This document shows positions 1 to 11,055 of a DNA stretch of 32,000 nt, one piece after another. The notes beneath the pieces are model-generated. The model was not told where the DNA came from. It was given only the letters and a program-made list of their open reading frames with translations, and made no database searches. Source of the DNA: Aliivibrio fischeri ES114 (GTDB taxonomy: Bacteria > Pseudomonadota > Gammaproteobacteria > Enterobacterales > Vibrionaceae); assembly GCF_000011805.1 (NCBI RefSeq), contig NC_006841.2; one strand, given 5' to 3'. Both the position numbers and the translations under genes were made by a program. The first letter of the stretch is position 1, and the number at the start of each line of letters is the position of its first letter.

Positions 1-538
<538 letters not shown>

Positions 539-667
539 ACAACACCCAAGGGGTTTTAACGGATTCGTTAACCAAGACACAATATTGAATGTGATTAAGA
601 ATTAGTTTTAAATTAGAACAGTTTTCCAGATTATTATTAATCATTAGCATGATTAATAAACAAATTT

Positions 668-785
668 TGCTTGGCGACCATAGCGTTATGGACCCACCTG
701 ATCCCATGCCGAACTCAGAAGTGAAACGTAATAGCGCCGATGGTAGTGTGGGGTTTCCCCATGTGAGAGTAGGACATCGCCAGGC
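668..785 (+). rRNA. 5S ribosomal RNA
   Basis: 'tgcttggcgaccatagcgttatggacccacctgatcccatgccgaactcagaagtgaaacg...ggacatcgccaggc' matches gammaproteobacterial 5S and lies directly after 23S. Boundaries +/- 2 nt. Confidence 0.96.
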
Positions 786-848
786 TTTAATTCTTCTTAT
801 TTTTAATTAAATAAGAGTTAGACAAAGTTAAGTCTTTAAAAAACTACA

Positions 849-924
<76 letters not shown>

Positions 925-930
925 TATTTA

Positions 931-966
931 GAAAAGGCTTATATCGAAAGGTATGAGCCTTTTTGC
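931..966 (+). terminator. Rho-independent terminator after tRNA-Trp / rrn operon (copy 1)
   Basis: Hairpin AAAAGGCTTATA-TCGAAAGG-TATGAGCCTTTTT. Confidence 0.8.
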
Positions 967-1014
967 TATCTGATATTTAAGAAAAGAGCCGTGGATTCCC
1001 CTACCATAAGAACG

Positions 1015-1050
1015 CGCGTGTTGGGAGTTCGAATCTCTCCACCCCTGCCA
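1015..1050 (+). pseudogene. 3' fragment of tRNA-Trp (pseudo-tRNA), retaining variable loop, T arm, acceptor 3' strand and CCA
   Basis: Identical to tRNA-Trp from the anticodon-stem 3' strand to CCA. Upstream sequence 'gtggattcccctaccataagaa' cannot form the anticodon, D or acceptor arms. Confidence 0.8.
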
Positions 1051-1056
1051 TATTTA

Positions 1057-1092
1057 GAAAAGGCTTATATCGAAAGGTATAAGCCTTTTTGC
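1057..1092 (+). terminator. Duplicated rho-independent terminator (copy 2)
   Basis: Perfect 12-bp stem AAAAGGCTTATA / TATAAGCCTTTT, loop TCGAAAGG, T tract. Confidence 0.75.
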
Positions 1093-1258
1093 TATCTGCG
1101 ATTTAAGAAAAGAGCCTTTTTACTTTCTACGACTTAAGAAAAGGGGAGTGAGTTTGCTTGAATATGAAAGCAGATGTACATCGAAAGTTATTAGCTTTTT
1201 CTTTTAAAATGCCTCCAATTTGTTAGAATATCGCGCATATTTAAAGGAGAGTAATACA

Positions 1259-2179
1259 ATGTCAATGTATGTAGTGGGCCATAAGGTTCCAGATTCAGAT
1301 TCAATTTGTGGTGCGATTGCACTAGCTTACTTAAAAAATCAGATTGGTGAAGCAGCGATTCCTACTCGTTTAGGTGAAGTATCTCCTGAGACTGCATTTA
1401 TCCTAGAAAAATTTGGCCTTGAAACGCCAGAATTAAAAACAAGTTACGCTGGTGAAGAAGTGTACATTGTTGACCATTCAGAGTTAACTCAAGCACCTGA
1501 CGATATTGCAGAAGCCACTATCGTAGGTATTGTTGATCACCATAAATTAGGTGACTTAACAACTTCAACTCCTCTTGAGTGCTGGATTCGTCCTGTTGGC
1601 TGTAGTAACACAGTTATTAAGATGATGTATGATTTTTACAATGTAGAAATTCCACAAAACATTGCTGGTATCATGTTATGTGCAATTTTAAGTGACACTG
1701 TAATTTTCAAATCACCAACATGTACAACGGCTGATATCAAGTGTGTTGAAGCACTAGCTGAAATTGCTGGTGTTGAAGATTTCAAAGCACTAGGCATGGA
1801 AATGTTTAAAGTAAAATCAGCAGTAGAAGGTACACCAGTACGTGATCTTGTTATGCGTGATTTTAAAGATTTCAACATGAATGGCGATCTTGTTGGTATT
1901 GGCCAATTAGAAGTGATCGATCTTTCTGTATTTGATGAAATTAAAGAAGAGTTAGAAGCTGATATCGCAGCAATGAAAGCTGAAGGTAACCGCCACACTA
2001 TGATTCTTCTATTAACAGATATCATGAAAGAAGGCTCAGAAATGTTAGTTATCAGTGATAACGAAGAACTAACAGAAAAAGCATATGGTAAAGCGTCTGT
2101 AAATGGCCGTGTATGGCTTGATGGTGTTCTAAGCCGTAAGAAACAAGTTGTTCCTCAACTACAAGAAGTATTTGCTTAA
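1259..2179 (+). CDS. ppaC: Manganese-dependent (DHH family) inorganic pyrophosphatase
   Basis: ORF track 1220..2179. Likely ATG at 1259 (MSMYVVGHKVPDSDSICGAIA) with upstream aaaggagag. GHKxPDSDS, VDHHxxG and SRKKQVVP motifs of family II pyrophosphatases. Confidence 0.93.
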   Translation: MSMYVVGHKVPDSDSICGAIALAYLKNQIGEAAIPTRLGEVSPETAFILEKFGLETPELKTSYAGEEVYIVDHSELTQAPDDIAEATIVGIVDHHKLGDLTTSTPLECWIRPVGCSNTVIKMMYDFYNVEIPQNIAGIMLCAILSDTVIFKSPTCTTADIKCVEALAEIAGVEDFKALGMEMFKVKSAVEGTPVRDLVMRDFKDFNMNGDLVGIGQLEVIDLSVFDEIKEELEADIAAMKAEGNRHTMILLLTDIMKEGSEMLVISDNEELTEKAYGKASVNGRVWLDGVLSRKKQVVPQLQEVFA

Positions 2180-2201
2180 TCTTTAAATATTAAGTAATAG
2201 A

Positions 2202-2235
2202 TAAAAGCCCATGCAAATATGTATGGGCTTTTTTA
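2202..2235. terminator. Bidirectional terminator between ppaC and the small minus-strand ORF
   Basis: aaaagcccatgcaaatatgtatgggctttttt stem-loop. Confidence 0.8.
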
Positions 2236-2241
2236 TTGTCT

Positions 2242-2394
2242 TTAAACCGCTTCTTCTAATTCTAGTTTTCGTTTATCTAGAAAGATCCCATCCTTTTTTA
2301 TCACACCGCATTCAGAACAGATAATGGTCTCTTGGCTATCAGAAATGAGTAGTTCATTTGATAGGCATACTGGGCATTCTTGTACTTCATTCAT
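2242..2394 (-). CDS. Small (50 aa) Cys4 zinc-ribbon protein, not in the ORF track
   Basis: Manual translation of the reverse strand: MNEVQECPVCLSNELLISDSQETIICSECGVIKKDGIFLDKRKLELEEAV*. SD-like 'aagggga' upstream of the ATG; two CxxC knuckles. Confidence 0.75.
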   Translation of the reverse strand: MNEVQECPVCLSNELLISDSQETIICSECGVIKKDGIFLDKRKLELEEAV

Positions 2395-2649
2395 AAATGT
2401 TCCCCTTAGCAAGTGTTGTTGTTGAGCATTAATAGATCTTATTTAGTTTGTATAGTTAGTTTCTCTTAATGGAAGATGAGATTAAATACCAAAAATGAGA
2501 TTGTTCGATTATTGAGATGCGAATCAATGAAATCATTATAAATTAAAGATGGCTAAGTATTGATTTTATGAAAGGGGATTTTTGTGAACTGACAGCAAAG
2601 ATTTACTGCCAGTATATGGAGATATTAAAAAAGGGTATTAATTAAATGC

Positions 2650-3174
2650 CTATCGAGATAGTTTGATTCGTAAAGTTCGCTTTTGCCAACTTCTAACTAC
2701 TGAGTAGCGCCAAAGTCCACGAATACCAAAGTAACCGATTAGAGCGGACGAAATACCACAAATAGCGCAGCCTAATAAGAATGGAGGACCAATCGTCGAC
2801 ATCTGAGAGCCAATAAACTCCCAAGAAAGCTCAAAATGGAAATGTTGAGCAGGAGTTGATAAAACCCACGCACCAAGCTTATAAGCACCATAAAAAAGTA
2901 CCGGCATAGTTACAGGATTACTAACCCAAACTAGAGCAATAGAAAGGGGAAGGTTGACACTACATAGAATCGCTAAGCCTGCTGCCATGATCATTTGACT
3001 AGGAAGAGGAACGAAAGCCATAAATAATCCGACAGCAAACGCGCCTGCTGCTGAGCGACGATTTAAGCACCATAAGTTTGGATTGTATAAAACATTACCA
3101 AATATTTTTAAGGCTTTTTGGCGCTTAATGGTTTCGTGGTTTGGTAAAAAACGTTTAATGAGTTTTCTTGGCAT
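2650..3174 (-). CDS. DUF2062 family membrane protein
   Basis: 174 aa: '...NRRSAAGAFAVGLFMAFVPLPSQM...NLPLSIALVWVSNPVTMPVLF' is typical of the DUF2062 family. Confidence 0.88.
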   Translation of the reverse strand: MPRKLIKRFLPNHETIKRQKALKIFGNVLYNPNLWCLNRRSAAGAFAVGLFMAFVPLPSQMIMAAGLAILCSVNLPLSIALVWVSNPVTMPVLFYGAYKLGAWVLSTPAQHFHFELSWEFIGSQMSTIGPPFLLGCAICGISSALIGYFGIRGLWRYSVVRSWQKRTLRIKLSR

Positions 3175-3180
3175 TAGTTT

Positions 3181-5484
3181 ATGCTTCTGTTAAATGACAT
3201 ACGTATAAAGATCGTTGTCGTAATTCTTATTCTTTTTTCATCGACTTTTTGGCCGATAAACCTGCCGTCGTCTGTATTTTTTTTGTGTATTATTAGCTAT
3301 TTAGCAGCTTTAAAATATTCCCAATTAAAAGTGATACAAGGTATCTTTTTGGGATTAATCATCACATCCTTACACATAACTTACTATCAAAACTTAAATA
3401 AAAGTCTTTATAGTCAAGGACATGATATTACCATCAAAGGTGAAATTCAAAGTCTAATTGCATTTAAAGAAACGACATCTTCAATTTTAGTACAAGTTAC
3501 TGAGTTTAATAGTAATAAGTTTTTACCTAATTTTTCCCCGCTAGTAAGGCTGTCGATTCGAGATTTTAAAAAGCAATTGACTGATGATACATCTATTCTC
3601 TTTAAGCAAGGTGAGATATGGCAGTTTGATGTTTCGTTGAGACCACCGATAGGACGCCATAATGAAGTTGGATATAAACTGGAAGGGTATGCATTATCAA
3701 AAGGCATACATGCCTATGGGAAAATAAAGGCAGCAACACGCTTAATGCCTTCAACATCTTATCGAAGTAATTTGTTTATAGAGTCTTATAACAAGACAAT
3801 TAGTTATGATTATCAATCATTGTTATTGGCACTAACATTTGGATATAAAGGAGATATTGCTGCGAGTGAGTGGCAAATTTTACGTAACTCAGGGTTAGCT
3901 CATCTTATTGCGATATCAGGTTTACATATTGGTTTTGTTTATGGCATCGGATGGTTTGTAGGAAGAGGTTTTAGATCATTAAATCCTACGCATTATCATG
4001 TTTGGCTACCTGTTTTATTTGGAGGTATTTTTGCGACAACTTATGCGTGGTTAGCTGATTTTTCATTACCAACCATTCGAGCATTAATTGCGTGTTTTTT
4101 AGTTTCAATATTATTGATATTACGTATTAAATGGCCAAAACATCTCTTTTTCTTATGGTGTTTACTACTTTGCTTAGCTATAAACCCATTTTCATCATTA
4201 TCGATGAGTTTTTGGCTTTCTTTTTGTGCGGTCAGTGTTGTTCTATTTTCTTTGTATATCTATCAAAAAATAGGAACAGATAAATTAAATGGAAGAGTAA
4301 AAAAAGTAACCCAAGTTGTTTTTATTCAATTTGGTTTATTTACGTTGTTGACTCCTATCCAAGGGTATTTTTTCTCTGGAATAAGTTATCTATCTCCATT
4401 CATCAACTTGATAGCCGTTCCGTGGGTGAGTTTATTTACGGTTCCTCTTAGTCTTGTGGCTGTCGCATTTGATATGCTGAGTTTACCAATTAGCTCGTGG
4501 TTCTGGAAAGGGGCTAATGGTTCATTAAAGCCGATTTGGTGGTTAGCTAAACAAGCAGAGCATTCTTGGCTTTTGCTTCCTACTGTATTTAATCAAGTCA
4601 TTATTTTTATTCTTATATTGTTAATGCTTAAACTTTTTATGCCACTTAAAGCATTAGTTAATCCGTTATTTATACTACTCATCTGTGCGGCTTTTATAAG
4701 GCCAGATAAGAAATGGCAAGTTGATTTTTTAGATGTTGGCCATGGCTTGGCTGTGCTTATTGAAGCTAACGATAAAACGATTATTTACGATACTGGGATG
4801 AAGTGGGGTAATGGAAGTATTGCTGAGAGTGTTATAGAGCCAATTTTGCATCGTCGAGGGATACAATCGATCACCGGTTTAATTTTAAGTCATCTAGATA
4901 ATGATCATGCTGGTGGTAAGGATTATTTAATCGAGCGATTTACACCAAATTGGGTTCGTACTAGTGAGGTAAGTAACATAACAATGCCTTGCATTCAAGG
5001 TGAAAAATGGCGAGAAGGAAGTATAGAGTTTGAGGTTTTATGGCCACCAAAATTGGTGAAAAGAGCTTATAATCCACATTCTTGTGTGATTAAACTTGAT
5101 ATTGATAAATGGACATTTTTATTAACTGGGGACATTGATGCTATTTCAGAAATGTTGATATTAAATCAAAATGATTTTGGCTCTGTGGATGTTCTCTTAG
5201 TTCCACACCATGGTTCCACAACATCGTCAACAGATCGTTGGGTTAATACAATGAAGAATAAAACAGCAATTGTATCAACAGGGCGGTTTAGCCCATGGAA
5301 TTTACCTAGTAAACAAATAAAACAAAAATACAGCGAAAATAATATAACTTGGTTAGATACTGCTCAATCTGGTCAAATAAGCCTTTATGCAATTAATGAT
5401 AAATTACACATTAATAGGTATTCAGAAGTGAATCAGAACGTTTGGTACAGAAAGCTATTTGGCGATAACTTAAATTCAGAGTAG
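3181..5484 (+). CDS. comEC: DNA internalisation-related competence protein ComEC/Rec2
   Basis: 767 aa with competence domain 'HLIAISGLHIGFVYGI' and C-terminal metallo-beta-lactamase-like domain 'DVGHGLAVLI...SHLDNDHAGG...LLTGDID...VPHHGS'. Confidence 0.94.
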   Translation: MLLLNDIRIKIVVVILILFSSTFWPINLPSSVFFLCIISYLAALKYSQLKVIQGIFLGLIITSLHITYYQNLNKSLYSQGHDITIKGEIQSLIAFKETTSSILVQVTEFNSNKFLPNFSPLVRLSIRDFKKQLTDDTSILFKQGEIWQFDVSLRPPIGRHNEVGYKLEGYALSKGIHAYGKIKAATRLMPSTSYRSNLFIESYNKTISYDYQSLLLALTFGYKGDIAASEWQILRNSGLAHLIAISGLHIGFVYGIGWFVGRGFRSLNPTHYHVWLPVLFGGIFATTYAWLADFSLPTIRALIACFLVSILLILRIKWPKHLFFLWCLLLCLAINPFSSLSMSFWLSFCAVSVVLFSLYIYQKIGTDKLNGRVKKVTQVVFIQFGLFTLLTPIQGYFFSGISYLSPFINLIAVPWVSLFTVPLSLVAVAFDMLSLPISSWFWKGANGSLKPIWWLAKQAEHSWLLLPTVFNQVIIFILILLMLKLFMPLKALVNPLFILLICAAFIRPDKKWQVDFLDVGHGLAVLIEANDKTIIYDTGMKWGNGSIAESVIEPILHRRGIQSITGLILSHLDNDHAGGKDYLIERFTPNWVRTSEVSNITMPCIQGEKWREGSIEFEVLWPPKLVKRAYNPHSCVIKLDIDKWTFLLTGDIDAISEMLILNQNDFGSVDVLLVPHHGSTTSSTDRWVNTMKNKTAIVSTGRFSPWNLPSKQIKQKYSENNITWLDTAQSGQISLYAINDKLHINRYSEVNQNVWYRKLFGDNLNSE

Positions 5485-5518
5485 AATAAAGGTAATTGTA
5501 TATGAAGAATAAGTACTT

Positions 5519-7267
5519 ATGACTATTGAAAAAGACGAATCTACATGGGCAACATTCAAACGTTTATGGCCGCATATTTCTCTGTATAAAGCGGGACTAG
5601 GCGTTGCTGTTGTCGCTCTTGTGATTAATGCCTTAAGTGATACCTACATGATCTCTTTACTAAAACCACTTTTAGATGAAGGTTTTGGTAGTGCAGATTC
5701 TGACTTCTTGAAGAAAATGCCATTTATTATTTTAGCTATGATGTTTATTCGTGGTCTAAGTGGCTTTGTTTCTGGTTATTGTATGAGTTGGGTTGCGAGT
5801 AACGTTGTTATGCGTATTCGTCGCCAGATTTTTAACCATTTTATGCACATGCCTGTCAGTTATTTTGATCAAGAATCAACAGGACGTTTACTTTCTCGAA
5901 TTACCTATGATTCAGAGCAAGTAGCAGCGGCAACGAGTAAAGCGCTGGTTAATATTGTACGTGAATCTGCGAGCATTATTGGTTTATTAGGTCTGATGTT
6001 TTGGAACAGTTGGCAGCTTTCATTGGTATTAGTGGTTATTGCTCCAGTTGTTGCGTTCGCTATTAGCAATGTTTCTAAACGCTTTAGAAAGATCAGTAAA
6101 AACATGCAAACGGCGATGGGCTCTTTAACAGCAACGTCTGAGCAAATGCTAAAAGGGCATAAAGTGGTACTTAGCTACGGTGGCCAAAAAGTTGAATCTG
6201 AGCGCTTTGATAACATCAGTAACCACATGCGTCAGCAAAACATGAAAATGGTGGTTGCTCAAGGTTTAGCTAACCCGATTATTCAAATGATTGCTTCGTT
6301 TGCTTTAGTTACTGTGCTTTATTTAGCAAGTGTTGATTCAATTAAAGAGACATTGACTCCAGGTACTTTCACTGTTGTTTTCTCTGCAATGTTTGGTCTA
6401 TTACGTCCATTGAAGGGATTAACAAGTGTTACTTCTGATTTCCAACGTGGTATGGCTGCATGTCAGACTTTGTTCGAATTAATGGATATGGATAAAGAAA
6501 AAGACGACGGTACGATTGAAAAAGACACAGTAAAGGGTGACATTAAAGTTGATAATGTGACTTTTACTTATCCAACAGCAGACGGCCCAGCATTACGTAA
6601 TGTTAGCTTTGATTTACCTGCGGGTAAGACAATTGCTTTAGTTGGTCGTTCTGGCTCAGGCAAGAGTACTATCGCGAACTTATTTACTCGTTTCTATGAT
6701 GTTGATTCTGGTGAAATAAGTCTTGATGGCGATAAGATTGAAGATTACCGCTTACCAAACTTACGTAAGCACTTTGCTTTAGTATCTCAAAATGTTCATT
6801 TATTTAATGATACGGTTGCAAATAATATTGCCTATGCATCTGAAGGTAAGTTTACCCGTTTAGAAATAGAAAAAGCGGCAGAGCTTGCTTACGCGTCTGA
6901 CTTTATTAATAAGATGGATGACGGCTTTGACACCATGATTGGTGAAAATGGCGCAAGTTTATCTGGTGGTCAACGTCAGCGTATTGCGATTGCTCGAGCA
7001 TTATTACAAAACGCACCAGTATTAATTCTTGATGAGGCAACATCTGCACTTGATACCGAATCTGAAAAAGCGATTCAATCTGCACTAGATGAACTTCAAA
7101 AAGACAAAACAGTATTGGTTATTGCTCACCGCTTATCAACAATTGAAGATGCCGATCAGATCTTAGTTGTGGATGAGGGTGAAGTAGTTGAACGTGGTAA
7201 TCATGCTGAACTTATCGCTCATGATGGAGCTTATGCTCAATTACATCGTATTCAGTTTGGTGATTAA
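5519..7267 (+). CDS. msbA: Lipid A export permease/ATP-binding protein MsbA
   Basis: 582 aa ABC exporter with TMD plus NBD (Walker [10 protein letters not shown], signature LSGGQRQR, Walker [10 protein letters not shown]). Synteny with lpxK. Confidence 0.95.
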   Translation: MTIEKDESTWATFKRLWPHISLYKAGLGVAVVALVINALSDTYMISLLKPLLDEGFGSADSDFLKKMPFIILAMMFIRGLSGFVSGYCMSWVASNVVMRIRRQIFNHFMHMPVSYFDQESTGRLLSRITYDSEQVAAATSKALVNIVRESASIIGLLGLMFWNSWQLSLVLVVIAPVVAFAISNVSKRFRKISKNMQTAMGSLTATSEQMLKGHKVVLSYGGQKVESERFDNISNHMRQQNMKMVVAQGLANPIIQMIASFALVTVLYLASVDSIKETLTPGTFTVVFSAMFGLLRPLKGLTSVTSDFQRGMAACQTLFELMDMDKEKDDGTIEKDTVKGDIKVDNVTFTYPTADGPALRNVSFDLPAGKTIALVGRSGSGKSTIANLFTRFYDVDSGEISLDGDKIEDYRLPNLRKHFALVSQNVHLFNDTVANNIAYASEGKFTRLEIEKAAELAYASDFINKMDDGFDTMIGENGASLSGGQRQRIAIARALLQNAPVLILDEATSALDTESEKAIQSALDELQKDKTVLVIAHRLSTIEDADQILVVDEGEVVERGNHAELIAHDGAYAQLHRIQFGD

Positions 7268-8253
7268 TGATTGAAAAAATTTGGTTTGATAACCATTTTT
7301 TAGGAAAGCTATTGTGGCCATTATTGTGGCCACTTAGTTACCTATTCAAATGGATAGCCACAAAACGAAAATCAGATTACCAAAGTGGTAAAAAACAAAG
7401 TTACCGTTCTTCGGTTCCTGTTGTCGTTGTTGGTAATATTACCGCTGGTGGTAATGGTAAGACGCCGGTTGTAGTGTGGCTTGTTGAGCAGCTGCAATCA
7501 AAAGGGTACAAAGTAGGTGTTGCCTCTCGTGGTTACGGTGGTAAAGCTCCGCATTATCCTTATTTATTAACAGAAACCACAACACCAGATATTTCAGGTG
7601 ATGAGCCCGTCTTAATTAAACAACGTACTAAAGCTGAAGTTGCTGTTGCCCCAGTTCGCAGTGAAGCAGTTAAAATGCTTGAACAGCAAGGCGTTGATTT
7701 TATTATTACAGATGATGGTCTACAGCACTATGCGCTTCAACGAGATATAGAGTTTATTGTTATTGACGGAAAGCGCCGTTTTGGTAATCAGCATTATATT
7801 CCTCTAGGCCCATTAAGAGAAGGTGTAGAGCGTTTATCTAGTGTTGATTTCTTAATTTGTAATGGTGGAGAGTCTCAAGAAAATGAGGTATCAATGCGAC
7901 TTCAACCAAGTGAAGCGATTAATTTAGTCACTGGTGAAAGGCGCAGTGTTTCATCGTTATCAAATTTAGTTGCTTTTGCTGGAATAGGGCATCCTCCACG
8001 ATTTTTTGAGACTCTTAATCAGCTGAAAGCGAATGTGGTTCATACCCAAGGTTTTGAAGATCATAAAGCGTTTGAACCAACAGAAATTGAACAACTAATG
8101 CAGTATGGCGAGCAGTTAATCATGACAGAAAAAGATGCAGTTAAATGCCAGTCTTTTGCTCAATCGTCATGGTGGTACTTGCCTGTTGATGCGACCTTCC
8201 CAAAAGAGAAAGCACAACAAATATTAAATAAAATTATTGAGGTAAAAGAATAA
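7267..8253 (+). CDS. lpxK: Tetraacyldisaccharide 4'-kinase
   Basis: 328 aa: '[21 protein letters not shown]', 'SRGYGGK', '[11 protein letters not shown]'. Start overlaps msbA stop. Confidence 0.95.
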
Positions 8254-8254
8254 T

Positions 8255-8452
8255 ATGGATTATCGTCTTCTTGAAATCGTAGCTTGCCCGGTATGTAAAG
8301 GAAAACTGAACTACGATAAAGATAAGCAAGAGCTTATTTGTAAAATTGATCGTCTTGCTTACCCAATTAAAGATGGCATTCCTGTAATGCTTGAGCCTGA
8401 AGCTCGTCGTATGACAATGGAAGAGGTTGAATCATGTCGTTCACAGTCATAA
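8255..8452 (+). CDS. ycaR: Trm112-like / YcaR family protein
   Basis: 65 aa '[47 protein letters not shown]', located between lpxK and kdsB. Confidence 0.93.
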
Positions 8453-9183
8453 TTCCTGCACGTTACCAATCAACTCGTTTACCGGGTAAACCGTTAGCTG
8501 ACATTTGTGGTAAGCCGATGATTCAATGGGTTTACGAACAAGCATCAAAGGCAGGGGCAGACCGTGTGATCATCGCAACGGATGACAGCCGTATTGAAGC
8601 TGTAGTGAAAGGTTTTGGTGGTGATGTATGCATGACGTCACCAAACCACGAATCAGGTACAGAACGTCTTGCTGAAGTGATCGAAAAATGCGGAATTTCA
8701 GCTGATGAGATCGTTGTAAATGTACAAGGTGATGAACCACTAATTCCACCTAGTATTATTCAGCAAGTGGCTCAAAACTTGTCAGATTCAGTAGCACCAA
8801 TGGCAACATTGGCTGTAACTATTGATGAAGAAGACGATGTGTTTAATCCTAATGCCGTTAAAGTTGTTACGGATGCCGAAGGGTATGCGTTGTATTTTAG
8901 TCGCGCTTCTATCCCGTGGGATCGCGATGCTTTTGCTCAAGGTGAGACGCTTACTGCCAACCCTTTACTTCGTCATATTGGTATTTATGCGTATCGTGCT
9001 GGCTTTATTAATACATACATTAATTGGCAACCAAGTGTTCTTGAGAAAATTGAATGCTTAGAGCAACTTCGTGTTCTTTGGTATGGTGAAAAAATTCACG
9101 TTGCAGTAGCAAAAGAAGCGCCTGCGGCAGGAGTTGATACACCAGAAGACTTAGAAAAAGTGCGCGCGATTCTATCCAAGTAA
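8434..9183 (+). CDS. kdsB: 3-deoxy-manno-octulosonate cytidylyltransferase
   Basis: 249 aa '[35 protein letters not shown]', '[11 protein letters not shown]'. Confidence 0.96.
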
Positions 9184-9200
9184 TATCAATTTTATATAAA

Positions 9201-9238
9201 AAAAGCACATACCGTTTTAAACAGTATGTGCTTTTTTA
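9201..9238. terminator. Bidirectional terminator between kdsB and the convergent ElyC-like gene
   Basis: AAAAGCACATAC-cgttttaaaca-GTATGTGCTTTTTT. Confidence 0.8.
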
Positions 9239-9251
9239 TTTGTATACGTTT

Positions 9252-10115
9252 TTATTTTTCGTCAGATAAAGGTAGGGAATCTTTTAATTCGTCTACTTTT
9301 TCCATGACATCTTCAATTTCAAGTTTAGGCGTCTCTTGAGCTTGTTGCTCTTTCTTCATCACTAAATCTTTTAACTGCATAAACCAACGGCCCATTTGCT
9401 CATACCAGAAACGTTCACTTTGCTCTAAATATTTTGCTTTAGGTGCGTACTTATCCCAAGGTTGTTTAACCTCTGAATGGGCAAGATAGTTGGTTGGTGC
9501 AGGAACTGGATCCATACCTAACTGATGGAATTCAGACATCGCTCTTGGCATATGACTCGCAGAAGTAACCAATACAAGTGTGCTTTTACCTACCGAATTG
9601 AAGGTTTGAATGGCTTCTTCGTGTGTGTCTCGTGCGCTTTCTAACAGTAAAATATCCGATTTCTGGACACCTAAAGACAGAGCAACACGAGCCATCATAC
9701 GCGCGTGACTTACCGTTGTTCCACCGTTATAACCTGAAAGAATCATTTTAGAACCAGGATACATACGATATATACGGATCCCTTCAGTTAATCTCATTAC
9801 TGCTGCTCTCGACAGCTCTGAAATAGGAGATATTTCGTCATCTACAACGTGACCATTACCAAGAACAAGTACGTACTCAACTGGCGTCTCTGGCGCAATA
9901 AACGAAGGATAAATTCGTTCAGTCGATTTTAATAATGGTGTTGTGATTGGTTGAAAAGAGAGCAGAAAAATACCCAAAAGAGATAAAGTTAATAAAAAAG
10001 AGGCAAATCCTTTCCTTTTTGAAAACCATAAAATTAATAATCCAATGAACCCTATTAGGAGAAAACCTGGTAGGGGCATTAACATGGATGATAAAAACTT
10101 CTTTAACTCAAACAT
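9252..10115 (-). CDS. elyC: ElyC/SanA/YdcF (DUF218) family envelope protein
   Basis: 287 aa, N-terminal TM segments, 'YVLVLGNGHV', 'KMILSGYNGG', 'SHMPRAMSEFH'. Position upstream of cmoM-mukFEB matches E. coli elyC (ycbC). Confidence 0.85.
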   Translation of the reverse strand: MFELKKFLSSMLMPLPGFLLIGFIGLLILWFSKRKGFASFLLTLSLLGIFLLSFQPITTPLLKSTERIYPSFIAPETPVEYVLVLGNGHVVDDEISPISELSRAAVMRLTEGIRIYRMYPGSKMILSGYNGGTTVSHARMMARVALSLGVQKSDILLLESARDTHEEAIQTFNSVGKSTLVLVTSASHMPRAMSEFHQLGMDPVPAPTNYLAHSEVKQPWDKYAPKAKYLEQSERFWYEQMGRWFMQLKDLVMKKEQQAQETPKLEIEDVMEKVDELKDSLPLSDEK

Positions 10116-10250
10116 ATTTTTTAACTATTACCGCTGATATAGAATGAAAAATCACCACTTGAGAACAAAAAACAGCGTCATGCTGTTACTTCCTTGAGCT
10201 CTTATGCGACAATGCATGTTTCCAATAGATAATATCATAACTTAACCACT

Positions 10251-11030
10251 GTGAATAAAGACCGTAATTTCGACGACATCGCCCACAAATTTGCGAAGAA
10301 CATTTATGGTTCCGACAAGGGCGGGATCCGTCAAACAATTGTATGGCAAGATATGGAAACTATCTTAGCTGAAAATAATGCAAAATCTGAGCCACTTACC
10401 GTTTTAGATGCCGGTGGTGGGATTGGACAAGTTTCTCAGCAAATTGCAAAACGCGGTCATTCAGTAACGTTATGTGATATTTCTTCAGAAATGCTGAAAT
10501 TAGCGAAAGAAGCAGTCGAAGACAACGGTTTATTACCGCAATATCAATTTATTCATACTGCTGTACAACAAATTGAACAGTATAATGTCGGGGAGGTTGA
10601 TATTCTTCTATTCCATGCGGTTATGGAATGGTTAGATAATCCAAAAGAAGCATTAGACATTCTTTTAAAACAAGTAAAACCGGGTGGATATGCGTCCATC
10701 ATGTTTTATAACCATCACGGCCTTGTGCTCAAAAATGTGATTTGTGGCAATATTCCTCATGTTTTAGATGGTATGCCTCATCGAAAAAGGTTTAAGTTAC
10801 AACCTCAAAAAGGTCTAATGCCTAATGACGTGTATCAGTGGATTGAAGATGCAGGTTATGAAATTAAAGGAAAATCAGGCATTCGTTCATTTCATGATTA
10901 CATTGGTAATATGGAATACATGGGCGATTACCAAATAGAAGACGTACTAAAGCTCGAAGAGCAGTTATGCCGTCAAGAACCTTATCTCTCTCTTGGCCGT
11001 TATATTCACGTATGGGCGAAGAGAAAATAA
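10251..11030 (+). CDS. cmoM: tRNA 5-carboxymethoxyuridine methyltransferase CmoM (SmtA)
   Basis: 259 aa class I SAM methyltransferase '[28 protein letters not shown]', immediately upstream of mukF. Confidence 0.9.
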   Translation: MNKDRNFDDIAHKFAKNIYGSDKGGIRQTIVWQDMETILAENNAKSEPLTVLDAGGGIGQVSQQIAKRGHSVTLCDISSEMLKLAKEAVEDNGLLPQYQFIHTAVQQIEQYNVGEVDILLFHAVMEWLDNPKEALDILLKQVKPGGYASIMFYNHHGLVLKNVICGNIPHVLDGMPHRKRFKLQPQKGLMPNDVYQWIEDAGYEIKGKSGIRSFHDYIGNMEYMGDYQIEDVLKLEEQLCRQEPYLSLGRYIHVWAKRK

Positions 11031-11055
11031 TAATGATGTACACAAAGGATACACA

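Noticed and set aside
1636-2025. 129-aa minus-strand ORF inside ppaC
   Set aside because: Antisense shadow ORF of a well-supported gene, with no recognisable motif.
10993-11055. Extended N-terminus of the mukF ORF
   Set aside because: The in-frame extension overlaps cmoM and does not resemble MukF; ATG at 11056 gives the expected protein.
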